Positions 45,949 to 55,941 of a DNA stretch of 64,000 nucleotides are shown one piece after another. Within the stretch, counting starts at the first letter, position 1; the number at the start of each line of letters is the position of its first letter. The stretch spans positions 1,373,034 through 1,437,033 of the forward strand of contig OY970195.1 of the NCBI GenBank assembly GCA_963708185.1. Reading direction: 5' to 3'. The position numbers were made by a program, and so were the translations under genes. A model generated the notes under the pieces. The model was not told the DNA's origin and searched no databases. It was given only the letters and a program-made list of their open reading frames with translations. Source of the stretch: Candidatus Peregrinibacteria bacterium. GTDB taxonomy: Bacteria; Patescibacteriota; Gracilibacteria; UBA1369.

Positions 45949-46857
45949 ATGGACGCCATCAACATCAAACATCTTACCAAGACCTACGCCAACGGCACCC
46001 GCGCGTTGAAAGGGGTCGATCTTGAAGTGAAACAGGGAGATTTTTTCGGTCTGCTCGGAGCCAACGGCGCCGGCAAAACGACCATCATCGGCATTCTGAC
46101 CGGTCTCGTCAATAAAAGCGGGGGGAAAGCCAGGATTTTCGATCATGATATCGATACCGACATGAATCGGGCCAAACAGCGAGTCGGCGTGGTTCCTCAG
46201 GAGTTCAATTTCAGTATTTTTGAGAAGGTCATCGATATCGTGGTGGCCCAGGGCGGATACTTCGGCGTGCCGAGGCAGGTGGCCGAAGACCGGGCCGAGC
46301 AAATCCTGAAAACCCTTGAACTCTGGAACAAGAAAGATATGCCCGCGAGGTCTTTGTCCGGAGGGATGAAGCGCCGTCTGATGATCGCCCGCGCGCTCAT
46401 TCACCATCCGAAACTGTTGTTCCTCGACGAACCGACCGCGGGGGTGGACGTGGAACTCCGCCACGGCATGTGGGACTACCTCAACAAGCTCAATGCCGCA
46501 GGCACGACGATCTTTCTCACGACGCATTATCTTGAAGAAGCGGAACAGCTTTGCCGCAACGTTGCCATCATCAAGGAAGGTGAAATCGTCAAAAACGACA
46601 GCGTCAAAAATCTCCTAGGGTCGTTGGAACGTCAGGCGTATATCCTCACGGTCGAAAGCATCAAGGATCATAAAAAAATCCACGGTTTTGAAGTGAAGGT
46701 CATCGACGACACCACGCTTGAAGCCAATCTCACCCGCGAACAGACCATGTCCAAATTCATCCACGAACTCCATGAACAGGGCTACGTTGTCCGCGACATC
46801 CGCCCCAAGGGCAACCGTCTGGAACAGTTGTTTTTGAATATTCTTCAAAGTAAATAA
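45949..46857 (+). CDS. ABC-2 transporter ATP-binding protein (YadG-like)
   Basis: GANGAGKTT, LSGGMKRR, LDEPTAGVD. Confidence 0.92.
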   Translation: MDAINIKHLTKTYANGTRALKGVDLEVKQGDFFGLLGANGAGKTTIIGILTGLVNKSGGKARIFDHDIDTDMNRAKQRVGVVPQEFNFSIFEKVIDIVVAQGGYFGVPRQVAEDRAEQILKTLELWNKKDMPARSLSGGMKRRLMIARALIHHPKLLFLDEPTAGVDVELRHGMWDYLNKLNAAGTTIFLTTHYLEEAEQLCRNVAIIKEGEIVKNDSVKNLLGSLERQAYILTVESIKDHKKIHGFEVKVIDDTTLEANLTREQTMSKFIHELHEQGYVVRDIRPKGNRLEQLFLNILQSK

Positions 46858-46863
46858 TTCCCC

Positions 46864-47637
46864 ATGAACGCACACGACACCTGGATATCGTTTTCCACCA
46901 TCGTCCGTAAAGAGATCGGAAGGTTCCTCCGCATCTGGACGCAGACCCTGCTTCCGCCGGTCATCAACCAGTCGCTCTATTTTGTCATTTTCGGCGCGTT
47001 CATTGGTTCCCAGATCCGTAACATCGAAGGGATCCAGTACATGGCCTTCATCGTGCCGGGCTTGATCATGATGGCGGTCATCAACAGCTCTTTTTCCAAC
47101 GTCGTCAGTTCTTTTTTCGGGTCAAAGTTCCAGCGCAACATCGAGGAGCTGATGGTGTCACCGACGCCGAACTGGGTCATCATTTCCGGCTATACCATGG
47201 GCGGCGTGGTGCGCGGCATTTTGGTCGGCGCGATCGTCTATTTGATTTCGGCCTTTTTTACGCACCCCGTCGTCTACAATATTTTCATCGTGGCGCTGTT
47301 CGTGTTCCTGACCGCCGTGGTGTTTTCGTTGGGAGGTCTCATTAACGCCATTTTTGCGACCAAGTTCGATGACATCAGCATTTTTCCGACGTTCGTCCTC
47401 ACGCCGCTGACCTATTTCGGCGGCGTGTTTTATTCGATCAAGGATCTGCCTCCTTTCTGGCAAGTGCTGACGAGGTTCAATCCGATTTTGTATATGGTCG
47501 ACGGTTTCCGTTACGGTTTTTTCGGTATTTCCGACGTTGACGTGCGTTTCAGTATTTTCATGCTGATCGCCTTTACGGTCCTGTTTGCGGGAATCTGCTG
47601 GTATTTATTAAAGAAGGGCATCGGTCTCAAATCCTAA
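46864..47637 (+). CDS. ABC-2 transporter permease (YadH-like)
   Basis: RIWTQTLLPP, FIVPGLIMM, NPILYMVDGFR. Confidence 0.9.
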   Translation: MNAHDTWISFSTIVRKEIGRFLRIWTQTLLPPVINQSLYFVIFGAFIGSQIRNIEGIQYMAFIVPGLIMMAVINSSFSNVVSSFFGSKFQRNIEELMVSPTPNWVIISGYTMGGVVRGILVGAIVYLISAFFTHPVVYNIFIVALFVFLTAVVFSLGGLINAIFATKFDDISIFPTFVLTPLTYFGGVFYSIKDLPPFWQVLTRFNPILYMVDGFRYGFFGISDVDVRFSIFMLIAFTVLFAGICWYLLKKGIGLKS

Positions 47638-47646
47638 CGTCCTTGT

Positions 47647-49059
47647 ATGGCTGAACAGTTCGATGTTCCATGGAAAGTGCAGGATATTTTGAGTTTCTTC
47701 CGGGGGAAGGAAGGTGTTTTCGCCAAGGCACGCCACGGTCTCGAAAAAGAGTCTTTACGCGTTGATCCCCAGGGGAATCTGGCCCTTACCCCCCATCCGA
47801 AGGCGCTCGGTGACAAACTGACCGACCCCTATATCATTACGGATTTTTCGGAAAGTCAGCCGGAGTTCATCACTCCGCCGTTCGAGAAGATCGAAGAAGC
47901 CATCAAGTTCCTGGAAAAGCTGACGAGGTTCACCTACCGCAGACTGGAGCATCACGAACTGCTTTGGCCGATGAGCATGCCTGCCAGGCTGCCCGCGGAA
48001 AAAGACATCCCCATCGCCAGGTACGGCGATTCGCCTGAAGGGCAGGAAAAGGAAATTTACCGCAGAGGTCTGGCGCTGAGGTACGGGAAATATATGCAGA
48101 CCATTTGCGGGGTTCATTACAATTTTTCTTTCGACGACGAGTTCTGGGACGTTCTCTTCAACGGATACGGCAAAGGAATGAAGCGTCAGGATTTCATCAA
48201 TGAAATTTATCTTAACATGGTAAGGAATTTTATCCGCTACCGCTGGCTCTTCGTGTTTTTGTTCGGAGCGTCGCCGTACAAGGACGAAACGTACCGCTGC
48301 AAGCTCATGGCGAAGGATAAAGGACATGCCGTGTCTCTGCGTTCCAGCCGCTGTGGATATTCCAATCCGGCCAAGTTGCCCATCACCTACAACAGTTTCA
48401 GTCGGCATCTGGCGGACCTGCAGTTCGCGGTGGATACGGTCCACACTCCTTATACAGAGCTGGGTCTTGAAGATCACGGCGAGCGGGTGCAGCTCAACGA
48501 TCACATCTTGCAGGTCGGCAACGAATACTATTTTTCGATCCGTCTCAAGCCGCCGAAGCCTTATGGCGACATGGTGCGCGCGCTGGCCAGCGACGGGGTG
48601 AAATATGTTGAAGTCCGCATTTTTGACGTGAATCCTTTCGAGTACAGCGGCGTCAGCGCGCGGCAGCTTTACTTCGCTCATCTTTTTCTTCTTTACTGTT
48701 TGTTGATGCCGAGCCGGCCCGTCGATGAAAAGGTCCTCGACGTCGCGACGACCAACCAGCAGGATGCGGCGCTGTACGGCCGCAGCCCGTCGCTTTACCT
48801 GAAGCGTGAAGGGAAGAGCGTGCTCATGACGGAATGGGCCGGGGATATTCTTTCGGAGCTGCGGCTTTTTGCTGGGATGATGGACAAAGCTTTCAGTAAA
48901 CCCGTGTACGGTCCCGTGTTAGAATATTTTGCGAAGGAAGTTGACGATCCGAAAGATCTTCCCGCGTTCCGTATCGCCAGGGAGATGGAAGAGACCCATG
49001 AGAATTTTCTGGAGTTCGGACTCGATCTGGCCCGCACGTATTCACAACGTAAACGTTAA
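47647..49059 (+). CDS. gshA: Glutamate-cysteine ligase (GshA domain of GshF)
   Basis: GLEKESLRV, ITDFSESQPEFIT, LWPMSMP, YGKYMQTICGVHYNFS, YVEVRIFDVNPF. Confidence 0.9.
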   Translation: MAEQFDVPWKVQDILSFFRGKEGVFAKARHGLEKESLRVDPQGNLALTPHPKALGDKLTDPYIITDFSESQPEFITPPFEKIEEAIKFLEKLTRFTYRRLEHHELLWPMSMPARLPAEKDIPIARYGDSPEGQEKEIYRRGLALRYGKYMQTICGVHYNFSFDDEFWDVLFNGYGKGMKRQDFINEIYLNMVRNFIRYRWLFVFLFGASPYKDETYRCKLMAKDKGHAVSLRSSRCGYSNPAKLPITYNSFSRHLADLQFAVDTVHTPYTELGLEDHGERVQLNDHILQVGNEYYFSIRLKPPKPYGDMVRALASDGVKYVEVRIFDVNPFEYSGVSARQLYFAHLFLLYCLLMPSRPVDEKVLDVATTNQQDAALYGRSPSLYLKREGKSVLMTEWAGDILSELRLFAGMMDKAFSKPVYGPVLEYFAKEVDDPKDLPAFRIAREMEETHENFLEFGLDLARTYSQRKR

Positions 49060-49062
49060 CCT

Positions 49063-50076
49063 ATGCCTTTGCCTTTCCAAACTCCGGGGTACGAACATAT
49101 GGAGCTTTCAACGCAGATCATCATTGCTGAAGCGCTGAAAAGAGGGGTGGAAGTGGAAGTGCTGGATCAGCACAGCCAGTTTATCCGTCTCAAAAAGGGA
49201 AAACACGTCGAGTACGTGGAGTCCGCCACCAAGACGTCGCGCGATACGTATATCACCAGCGTTATCCTTGGCAACAAGATCGTGACGAAAATTTTTCTGA
49301 CGGAACACGGACTGAGCGTTCCCAAAGGAAAGCATTATGAAAACTATCACGATGCGCTGTCCGGGTCGGAGTCTTTCATCGGAAAGGGGAAGAGCATCGT
49401 GGTGAAACCCAATACCACCAATTACGGCATCGGTATCACCATCCTGCATAGGGATTTCGATGAAGCCGAACTCGCCCGCGCCGTCACCACGGCCTTCGGA
49501 CACGACGTTTCGATTCTGGTTGAAGAGTTCATGCCGGGCATAGAGTGTCGTTTTCTCGTCATCGACGGCAAGTGCGTCGCCGTGCTCCAGCGTATTCCGG
49601 CCAATGTGGTCGGTGACGGCGCGCATACGATCCAACAGCTCGTGAATGAAAAGAACGACAGCCCGATCAGGGGGAAAGGCCATAAGACTCCTTTGGAAAA
49701 TATTGAACTCAACGAGGAGGAGATCGAAGTCTTGCGAGAACAGAAATTGACCCCTGAAAGCGTGCTCAAGGAAGGTCACCAGGTGTTCCTGCGATGGAAC
49801 TCCAACATCAGCACCGGCGGCGACAGCATCGATTTTACCGACGTGGTTGATGAAGGCTATAAGCGTATTGCCGAAAAGGCCGCGAAAGCCGTTGATGCCA
49901 GGATCTGCGGAGTTGATATCATTGGCAGCGATTTCGAAAAAAAGCCGACCTCTTCCAACTACGCCATCATTGAACTCAACTATAACCCCGTGCTGTATTT
50001 TCATAATTTCCCCTACGAAGGTGAGAACAGGGATGTGGGGAAATACGTCCTGGACCTCTTAAATTTTTCAACCTAG
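49063..50076 (+). CDS. ATP-grasp glutathione synthetase domain (C-terminal half of GshF/GshAB)
   Basis: MELSTQ, VVKPNTTNYGIGI, RIPANVVGDG, SNISTGGDSID, IELNYNP. Confidence 0.88.
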   Translation: MPLPFQTPGYEHMELSTQIIIAEALKRGVEVEVLDQHSQFIRLKKGKHVEYVESATKTSRDTYITSVILGNKIVTKIFLTEHGLSVPKGKHYENYHDALSGSESFIGKGKSIVVKPNTTNYGIGITILHRDFDEAELARAVTTAFGHDVSILVEEFMPGIECRFLVIDGKCVAVLQRIPANVVGDGAHTIQQLVNEKNDSPIRGKGHKTPLENIELNEEEIEVLREQKLTPESVLKEGHQVFLRWNSNISTGGDSIDFTDVVDEGYKRIAEKAAKAVDARICGVDIIGSDFEKKPTSSNYAIIELNYNPVLYFHNFPYEGENRDVGKYVLDLLNFST

Positions 50077-50211
50077 CATTTTTCCGTTTTAAAACGCAAA
50101 GAATTTTCGCCAACAACTCTTGTCGTTAGCATCGTTTTATTCTGTTGATTTGTTTTTTGTATATCACAATACAAACTGTTTAAACACGAAAGAATTTTTC
50201 AATTTCTATTC

Positions 50212-50301
50212 TTGACGGGGCGGGGGGGAAGAGTCTATCGTTAGGGATGCTTTTTCGTATATATAGTAGGTGTTTTTTCTAGGGCACCCAATATATTGTG
50301 T
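50212..50301 (+). promoter_or_regulatory. nrdJ promoter (TTGACG-18-TATCGT) and tandem NrdR boxes
   Basis: ACCCAATATATTGTGT (50286-50301) and the weaker TTCGTATATATAGTAG (50254-50269), 32 bp apart. Confidence 0.65.
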
Positions 50302-50455
50302 GTCCCTGTTATTCCCTGTAATGCGTGATTTCTCCCCATTTTTCCATGGTTTCCGGGGTTTTCACCATTACTTCTGCTCTTCTTTTTAGACGGAAGAAAG
50401 GCACACCTTTTCCGCTCTATATATACTGCTCCCCATTTTTTAACCTTATCCCCCT

Positions 50456-53400
50456 ATGGCGACTGCGTCACGTCCCAAGTCCGGGCACCACCCGACTTCC
50501 CTCAAAGACCGCACTGGAAAGGGTCTCAAAATCCAGCGCATGTTCACTGAAAAAGGTAAAGATCCTTTTTCATATTTTGAATATGAGCTGAGGACTTCCA
50601 GAATTACCAATCCCGACGGTTCAGTGGTTTTTGAAATGAAAGATGTCGAAGTCCCCAGGGGCTGGTCCCAGGTTGCGACGGATATTTTGGCGCAGAAATA
50701 CTGCCGCAAGAAGGGCGTACCCCAGCGGGACAAGAACGGCAAACTCTTGAGGGACAAGGAGGGAAGCGTTGTGACCGGAGCCGAGACTTCCGTGAAAATG
50801 GTCGTCGGACGTCTGGCTTCCACCTGGAGACATTGGGGAGAGAAATACGGTTATTTTGAAACGGAAGAGGATGCCGACGCATTTGAGGATGAGATGAAAT
50901 ACATGCTCGTGGGACAGATGGCGGCTCCGAACAGCCCGCAGTGGTTCAATACCGGGCTCGCCCATGCCTACGGCATCACCGGCGATGCCCAGGGTCACTA
51001 TTATGTAGACCCGGAGACTGGCAAGCTTGCCAAATCCAAAGACGCTTATACCCGTCCACAGCCTCATGCCTGCTTCATCCAGTCCGTCAACGACGATCTG
51101 GTGAACGAAGGGGGTATCTTCGACCTGGTGACCCGTGAAGCGAGGCTCTTCAAGTACGGTTCCGGAACCGGAACCAACTTTTCCAGACTCCGCGGAGTGA
51201 ACGAGAATCTTTCCGGAGGAGGAAAATCTTCCGGTCTGATGAGCTTTCTGGCGGTCTTCGACCGCGCAGCGGGAGCCATCAAGTCCGGCGGCACCACGCG
51301 CCGTGCGGCCAAGATGGTGTGCCTGGACATGGACCATCCCGAAGTGGAGAGTTTTATTGACTGGAAATATATTGAGGAACAGAAGGTGGCCGCGCTCCAT
51401 GCCGGTTCGCACGTCTGTTACGAAAATCTTAAGAAGGTCGTGGACTGCGCGTATTCCGGCGGACTTGATCCTGAAAAGAATCCTGAGCTCAAACAGAAAA
51501 TTTATGAAGCCGACAAGAATCACGTTCCTCTGAACTACATCAAGCGAACGCTCATGCTCGTGGAAGACGGCATGAAGCCGGAAGAGTTCAGCTTCCGCCG
51601 CTACGATACGGATTTCCGTTCCGAAGCGTACCTCACGGTGGGCGGGCAGAACTCCAACAACTCTGTACGCGTTCCCAACAGCTTTATCGAAGCCGTCAAA
51701 AAAGATACCGGCTGGGATCTCAAGAACCGTAAGGACGGCAAGACCTACAAGACCATTCCGGCCAAGCAACTCTGGGATAAGATCGCTTTTGCGGCCTGGT
51801 CCTGCGCCGATCCGGGCATCCAGTACGACAGTACCATCAATGAATGGCACACCTGTCCTGAAGACGGACGCATCAACGCGAGCAACCCGTGCTCCGAATA
51901 TATGTTCCTTGATGATACGGCCTGCAACCTTGCTTCACTCAATCTCATCAAGTTTTACAATCATGAAACCAAGGCCTTTGACGTCGAGTCTTTCCGCCAC
52001 GCCATCCGTCTGTGGACGACAGTGCTGGAAATCTCCGTGTTAATGGCACAGTTCCCGTCCAAACAGATCGCCCAGCTCAGCTACGATTTCCGAACGTTGG
52101 GCCTCGGGTACGCCAACATCGCTACGGTGCTCATGCGCATGGGTATTCCTTATACTTCCGAGGAGGCCTACGCCATCACCGGCGCCGTCACGGCTATTTT
52201 ATGCGGTGAATCCTATGCCACCTCCGCCGAGATATCCAAAGTTCTCGGTCCCTTCTCCAAATACGAAAAGAACAAAGAGCACATGCTCCGTGTTATCCGC
52301 AACCACCGCCGCGCCGCGTACAACAGCAGCAAGGAGGAGTACGAAGGTCTGACGGCCAAGCCCCAGGGGATCAACTCCGTGCACTGTCCGGAATATCTTC
52401 TGGATGCCGCCCGCGAAGCCTGGGATATGGCTTTGGAATGGGGTGAACAATACGGTTTCCGTAATGCACAGGTGACGGTGATCGCTCCGACCGGAACGAT
52501 CGGTTTACTCATGGATTGCGACACCACCGGCATTGAGCCCGATTTCGCTCTCGTGAAATTCAAGAAACTCGTGGGCGGAGGCTATTTCAAGATCGTGAAC
52601 CAATCGCTCAAACCTGCTCTTGAAACGCTCGGTTACAACGACGAACAGATTGAAGACATCATCAACTACGCCCGCGGGCACGCTTCTCTCAACGGCTGTC
52701 CGCATATCAATCCGGACTCCCTGCGCGAGAAAGGTTTCGGTGACAAAGAGATCGCGGCCATCGAAACGCAGCTTTCCGGAGTGTTCGAGCTCAAGTTCGC
52801 GTTCAACCGCTTTACGCTCGGCGACGATTTCTGCCGTGACGTTTTGGGGCTCAGCGATAACGAACTCAACGACATCGATTTCGACATGCTGACCGCTCTG
52901 GGTTTCGATAAAGAGCAGGTTGACGCCGCCAACGAGTACGTCTGCGGAACCATGACGATTGAAGACGCTCCTCATTTGAAGGCCGAACATTATCCGGTGT
53001 TCGATTGCGCCAACAAGTGCGGCAAGAAAGGCAAACGTTTCATCCCTTACAACGGACATCTCCGCCAGATGGCTTCGGCCCAGCCGTTCATCAGCGGTTC
53101 GATCTCCAAGACCATCAATATGCCGGAAGAGTGCACGGTGGGTGATATCCAGAAAGCTTATATGGAAAGCTGGGAGCTCATGCTCAAGTGTAACGCCATC
53201 TACCGCGACAGCTCCAAGCTCAGCCAACCGCTCAATACCTCCAGCGCCGACGGCGTGTATGCCGAACTCTTCAACTTCGGAGACTTTGAGAACGCCGACG
53301 ATACCATCGGACCTGAACGAGTTCATGAGGTCATTGAAAAGATCGTTGAACGCCCGATGCGCCGCAAGCTTCCTTCGGAACGCCACAGCATCACCCATAA

Positions 53401-54076
53401 GTTCTCCATTTCCGGCCATGAAGGCTACATCACCGTGGGTCTTTACGATGACGGTCAGCCCGGCGAAATCTTCATCAAGATCAGCAAGGAAGGATCGACC
53501 CTGTCCGGCATCATGGATGCCCTGGCGCTCTCTGTTTCGATGAATCTCCAGTATGGCGTGCCGCTCGAAGTGCTTGTTTCCAAGTTCACCCATTCACGTT
53601 TTGAACCTGCGGGCATGACCGGTAACCGTGACATCCCGATGGTCAAATCCATCATGGATTACATCGGCCGCTGGCTCGCGCTCAAGTTCCTGCCCCGTGA
53701 AACCGCCAAGAAATACCACAACGCCGATCTTGTCGATCGTGCCTATAACGAAGGCAACAACCTTTTGTTGCCACGCGTTCCGGTGGAAACCGAACATGCC
53801 GACCTTATCGCCGCCACCGGGATGATGGAACGCACCCACCAACCGGAAAAAGTCTCCATGTTTACTGAGACCACGGTCCGGGAAGTAGAAAAGGTTTCCG
53901 TCACGTCCGAAGCCGCCAATCTTTCCATGGAAGCTTTTGCCAAGATGCAAAAGGACAAGGCCCTTCAGCTGAATAACGAGGATGCGGCTATGTGTACCGC
54001 CTGCGGTGCCGTGATGGTCCGCAACGGATCATGCTACAAGTGTCTTGATTGCGGTGAGACATCCGGTTGCAGCTAA
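50456..54076 (+). CDS. nrdJ: Class II (B12-dependent) ribonucleotide reductase with C-terminal TSCPD and Zn ribbon
   Basis: PNSPQWFN, ACFI, SNPCSE, ACNLAS, IAPTGT, SKTIN, C-terminal CTACG...CYKCLDCG. Confidence 0.95.
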   Translation: MATASRPKSGHHPTSLKDRTGKGLKIQRMFTEKGKDPFSYFEYELRTSRITNPDGSVVFEMKDVEVPRGWSQVATDILAQKYCRKKGVPQRDKNGKLLRDKEGSVVTGAETSVKMVVGRLASTWRHWGEKYGYFETEEDADAFEDEMKYMLVGQMAAPNSPQWFNTGLAHAYGITGDAQGHYYVDPETGKLAKSKDAYTRPQPHACFIQSVNDDLVNEGGIFDLVTREARLFKYGSGTGTNFSRLRGVNENLSGGGKSSGLMSFLAVFDRAAGAIKSGGTTRRAAKMVCLDMDHPEVESFIDWKYIEEQKVAALHAGSHVCYENLKKVVDCAYSGGLDPEKNPELKQKIYEADKNHVPLNYIKRTLMLVEDGMKPEEFSFRRYDTDFRSEAYLTVGGQNSNNSVRVPNSFIEAVKKDTGWDLKNRKDGKTYKTIPAKQLWDKIAFAAWSCADPGIQYDSTINEWHTCPEDGRINASNPCSEYMFLDDTACNLASLNLIKFYNHETKAFDVESFRHAIRLWTTVLEISVLMAQFPSKQIAQLSYDFRTLGLGYANIATVLMRMGIPYTSEEAYAITGAVTAILCGESYATSAEISKVLGPFSKYEKNKEHMLRVIRNHRRAAYNSSKEEYEGLTAKPQGINSVHCPEYLLDAAREAWDMALEWGEQYGFRNAQVTVIAPTGTIGLLMDCDTTGIEPDFALVKFKKLVGGGYFKIVNQSLKPALETLGYNDEQIEDIINYARGHASLNGCPHINPDSLREKGFGDKEIAAIETQLSGVFELKFAFNRFTLGDDFCRDVLGLSDNELNDIDFDMLTALGFDKEQVDAANEYVCGTMTIEDAPHLKAEHYPVFDCANKCGKKGKRFIPYNGHLRQMASAQPFISGSISKTINMPEECTVGDIQKAYMESWELMLKCNAIYRDSSKLSQPLNTSSADGVYAELFNFGDFENADDTIGPERVHEVIEKIVERPMRRKLPSERHSITHKFSISGHEGYITVGLYDDGQPGEIFIKISKEGSTLSGIMDALALSVSMNLQYGVPLEVLVSKFTHSRFEPAGMTGNRDIPMVKSIMDYIGRWLALKFLPRETAKKYHNADLVDRAYNEGNNLLLPRVPVETEHADLIAATGMMERTHQPEKVSMFTETTVREVEKVSVTSEAANLSMEAFAKMQKDKALQLNNEDAAMCTACGAVMVRNGSCYKCLDCGETSGCS

Positions 54077-54082
54077 AAAGCC

Positions 54083-54553
54083 ATGAAGCTTTATCTTGTA
54101 CAACACGGGCAGGCCAATCCGGTCGAGATCGACCCGGAGAAAGGCCTGTCCCAGAAAGGGCGCGACGATGTGAAAAAAGTCGCGCTCTTTCTGGAAAAAG
54201 CCGGGGTGGTGGTCGAACAGATCTATCATAGCGGTAAAGCCCGCGCCGAACAGACCGCGCACATTCTGGCGAGGGCGGTGCATCCAAAAAAGGAAGCGTT
54301 CAAACTTCCCGGCATTGAACCGATGGACCCGGTTGAACCTTTTCTCCTTGATCTGGATTCGGCCGAAGAGGACATGATGCTCGTTGGACATCTGCCGTAC
54401 ATGAGCAGGCTAACGTCAAAGCTGGTGGGTTCGGGCGATCATGAAGCCGTCGAGTTCCAGCAGGGAGGTGTGGTGTGTCTGGAAAACGTTGAAGAAAGCT
54501 GGAAAATCCGCTGGATGGTCATTCCCGACATTGTCCGGGGTTTGGGCTTTTAG
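54083..54553 (+). CDS. sixA: Phosphohistidine phosphatase SixA
   Basis: LYLVQHG, S.K.RA.QTA, LVGHLP. Confidence 0.85.
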   Translation: MKLYLVQHGQANPVEIDPEKGLSQKGRDDVKKVALFLEKAGVVVEQIYHSGKARAEQTAHILARAVHPKKEAFKLPGIEPMDPVEPFLLDLDSAEEDMMLVGHLPYMSRLTSKLVGSGDHEAVEFQQGGVVCLENVEESWKIRWMVIPDIVRGLGF

Positions 54554-55788
54554 AAAGGGATGTCGTCTTCTCCTTCTTCGCCGATGGGCGGAGCGGGCCA
54601 GGTGTTCATGAACGCGAGGGAACGGAAGTCGTTGTTGTTTTGAAGGGTGCTGAAATCGGCGGAGGTGACGACGGTGACGGGGGTTTCGTAAAGCTTCGGA
54701 ACCTGGGTGATGCCCGGACCGACCTCCACGCTGTGGTCAACGCTCAAGTCCTGTGGGTCCGGGCCGATGGTGAGCACATGGTTTTCATGGTTGCGGTTGC
54801 TGAGGAGAATGGTCCGTTCGAGGGCGGCGTTGCAGCCTTTCACGGTGTAGGTCCTGACCATTTCCATGGTTTCGGGGTCGTGATAGTCGAAGCAATGGAA
54901 GAGGCGAAGATATGTGCCGAGGCCCATGGTTTCATGATAGAGTTCTTTGGGGAGGTAATCCTGTAACGTTTTTTCGCCACCGTTTTTGTTGAAGACGACT
55001 CTTCGCGTACTGAATCCCACGATGCGGGCGATGGGAGGGGTGGTCGTCGTGCGGTTCAGGAATATTTCGGCTTCATAGTTGGATGTATAGTTGTATTTCC
55101 GGGCAAACCTTTTGAGTGTTTTTTTTTCGAGAGAGCGCAGGGTCGTTCCGTCTCCGATTCTGGCGTCATCGATCATGAAGCAGTCTATTTTTCCCGTTCG
55201 ATAGGCCTTTTCGAAAGCCTCCATGGCCCGGTCCGTCACGGCGGGAAGGTCCAGGGTGTATTCTTCAATGACCATACTTTTTTGGACCGCTTTGCTGAAA
55301 TGGGTTGTGGCGTAAAACTCTTCCCAATCCTGGACAAGTTTTTCGACGTTCACTCCCAGTTTAAGGAATCTTGCAGAAATTTCCTCGGCGCCGAGCAGAC
55401 GGTGCGGATTCCGGGACATTTCCCTGTTTTCTTTTTTCGGTTGAGAAGTGGCGGGTTTTTTTTCGATCTGGTCCGCGGCCATGATGCTTTTTATGGCTCT
55501 CGTCCTGATGACGTCGGATATTTCCTCGAGTTTTCTCAACGTGGACACGTTGGGATGTTTGTCTTCAACAAGCATGTTGAAGAGGACGACGTGAGTTTCG
55601 CTCAAGCCGATTTTTCTCAAAAACAGGAGCAGCTGCTCCCTGATGTTTCCGGGCATGGTCCGGTAGAGTTCGGCGTTTCCTCGGGCCGCGATTTCGCCGA
55701 GGTCTTTCTGGTGGAAAAATTCCCATGAGGCTGCCGACGGTTGATCGTCGGAGGATTCCAGCAATATGCGAAGATTTTTGAGTGGCAT
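54550..55788 (-). CDS. Hypothetical protein (412 aa)
   Basis: Long ORF with no recognised motif; acidic EDDIPF tail. Confidence 0.7.
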   Translation of the reverse strand: MPLKNLRILLESSDDQPSAASWEFFHQKDLGEIAARGNAELYRTMPGNIREQLLLFLRKIGLSETHVVLFNMLVEDKHPNVSTLRKLEEISDVIRTRAIKSIMAADQIEKKPATSQPKKENREMSRNPHRLLGAEEISARFLKLGVNVEKLVQDWEEFYATTHFSKAVQKSMVIEEYTLDLPAVTDRAMEAFEKAYRTGKIDCFMIDDARIGDGTTLRSLEKKTLKRFARKYNYTSNYEAEIFLNRTTTTPPIARIVGFSTRRVVFNKNGGEKTLQDYLPKELYHETMGLGTYLRLFHCFDYHDPETMEMVRTYTVKGCNAALERTILLSNRNHENHVLTIGPDPQDLSVDHSVEVGPGITQVPKLYETPVTVVTSADFSTLQNNNDFRSLAFMNTWPAPPIGEEGEDDIPF

Positions 55789-55941
55789 ATTTTCTATAAA
55801 AAGGTTGCGATTTTTACATATTTTATTGTTTTTGTAAAGTTTTTGACTGGGTTATCAATTTAGGTATATCTCGTGCAAGTGAAGGAAACCGTTCCGTTAT
55901 CGTTAAATTATGGTATAATATATTTGTTCTTACTTTTTTCT

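Noticed and set aside
50456-54076. Possible intein or intron in the long nrdJ
   Set aside because: No intein splice motifs or LAGLIDADG seen; the length fits the long NrdJ subtype with a TSCPD tail.
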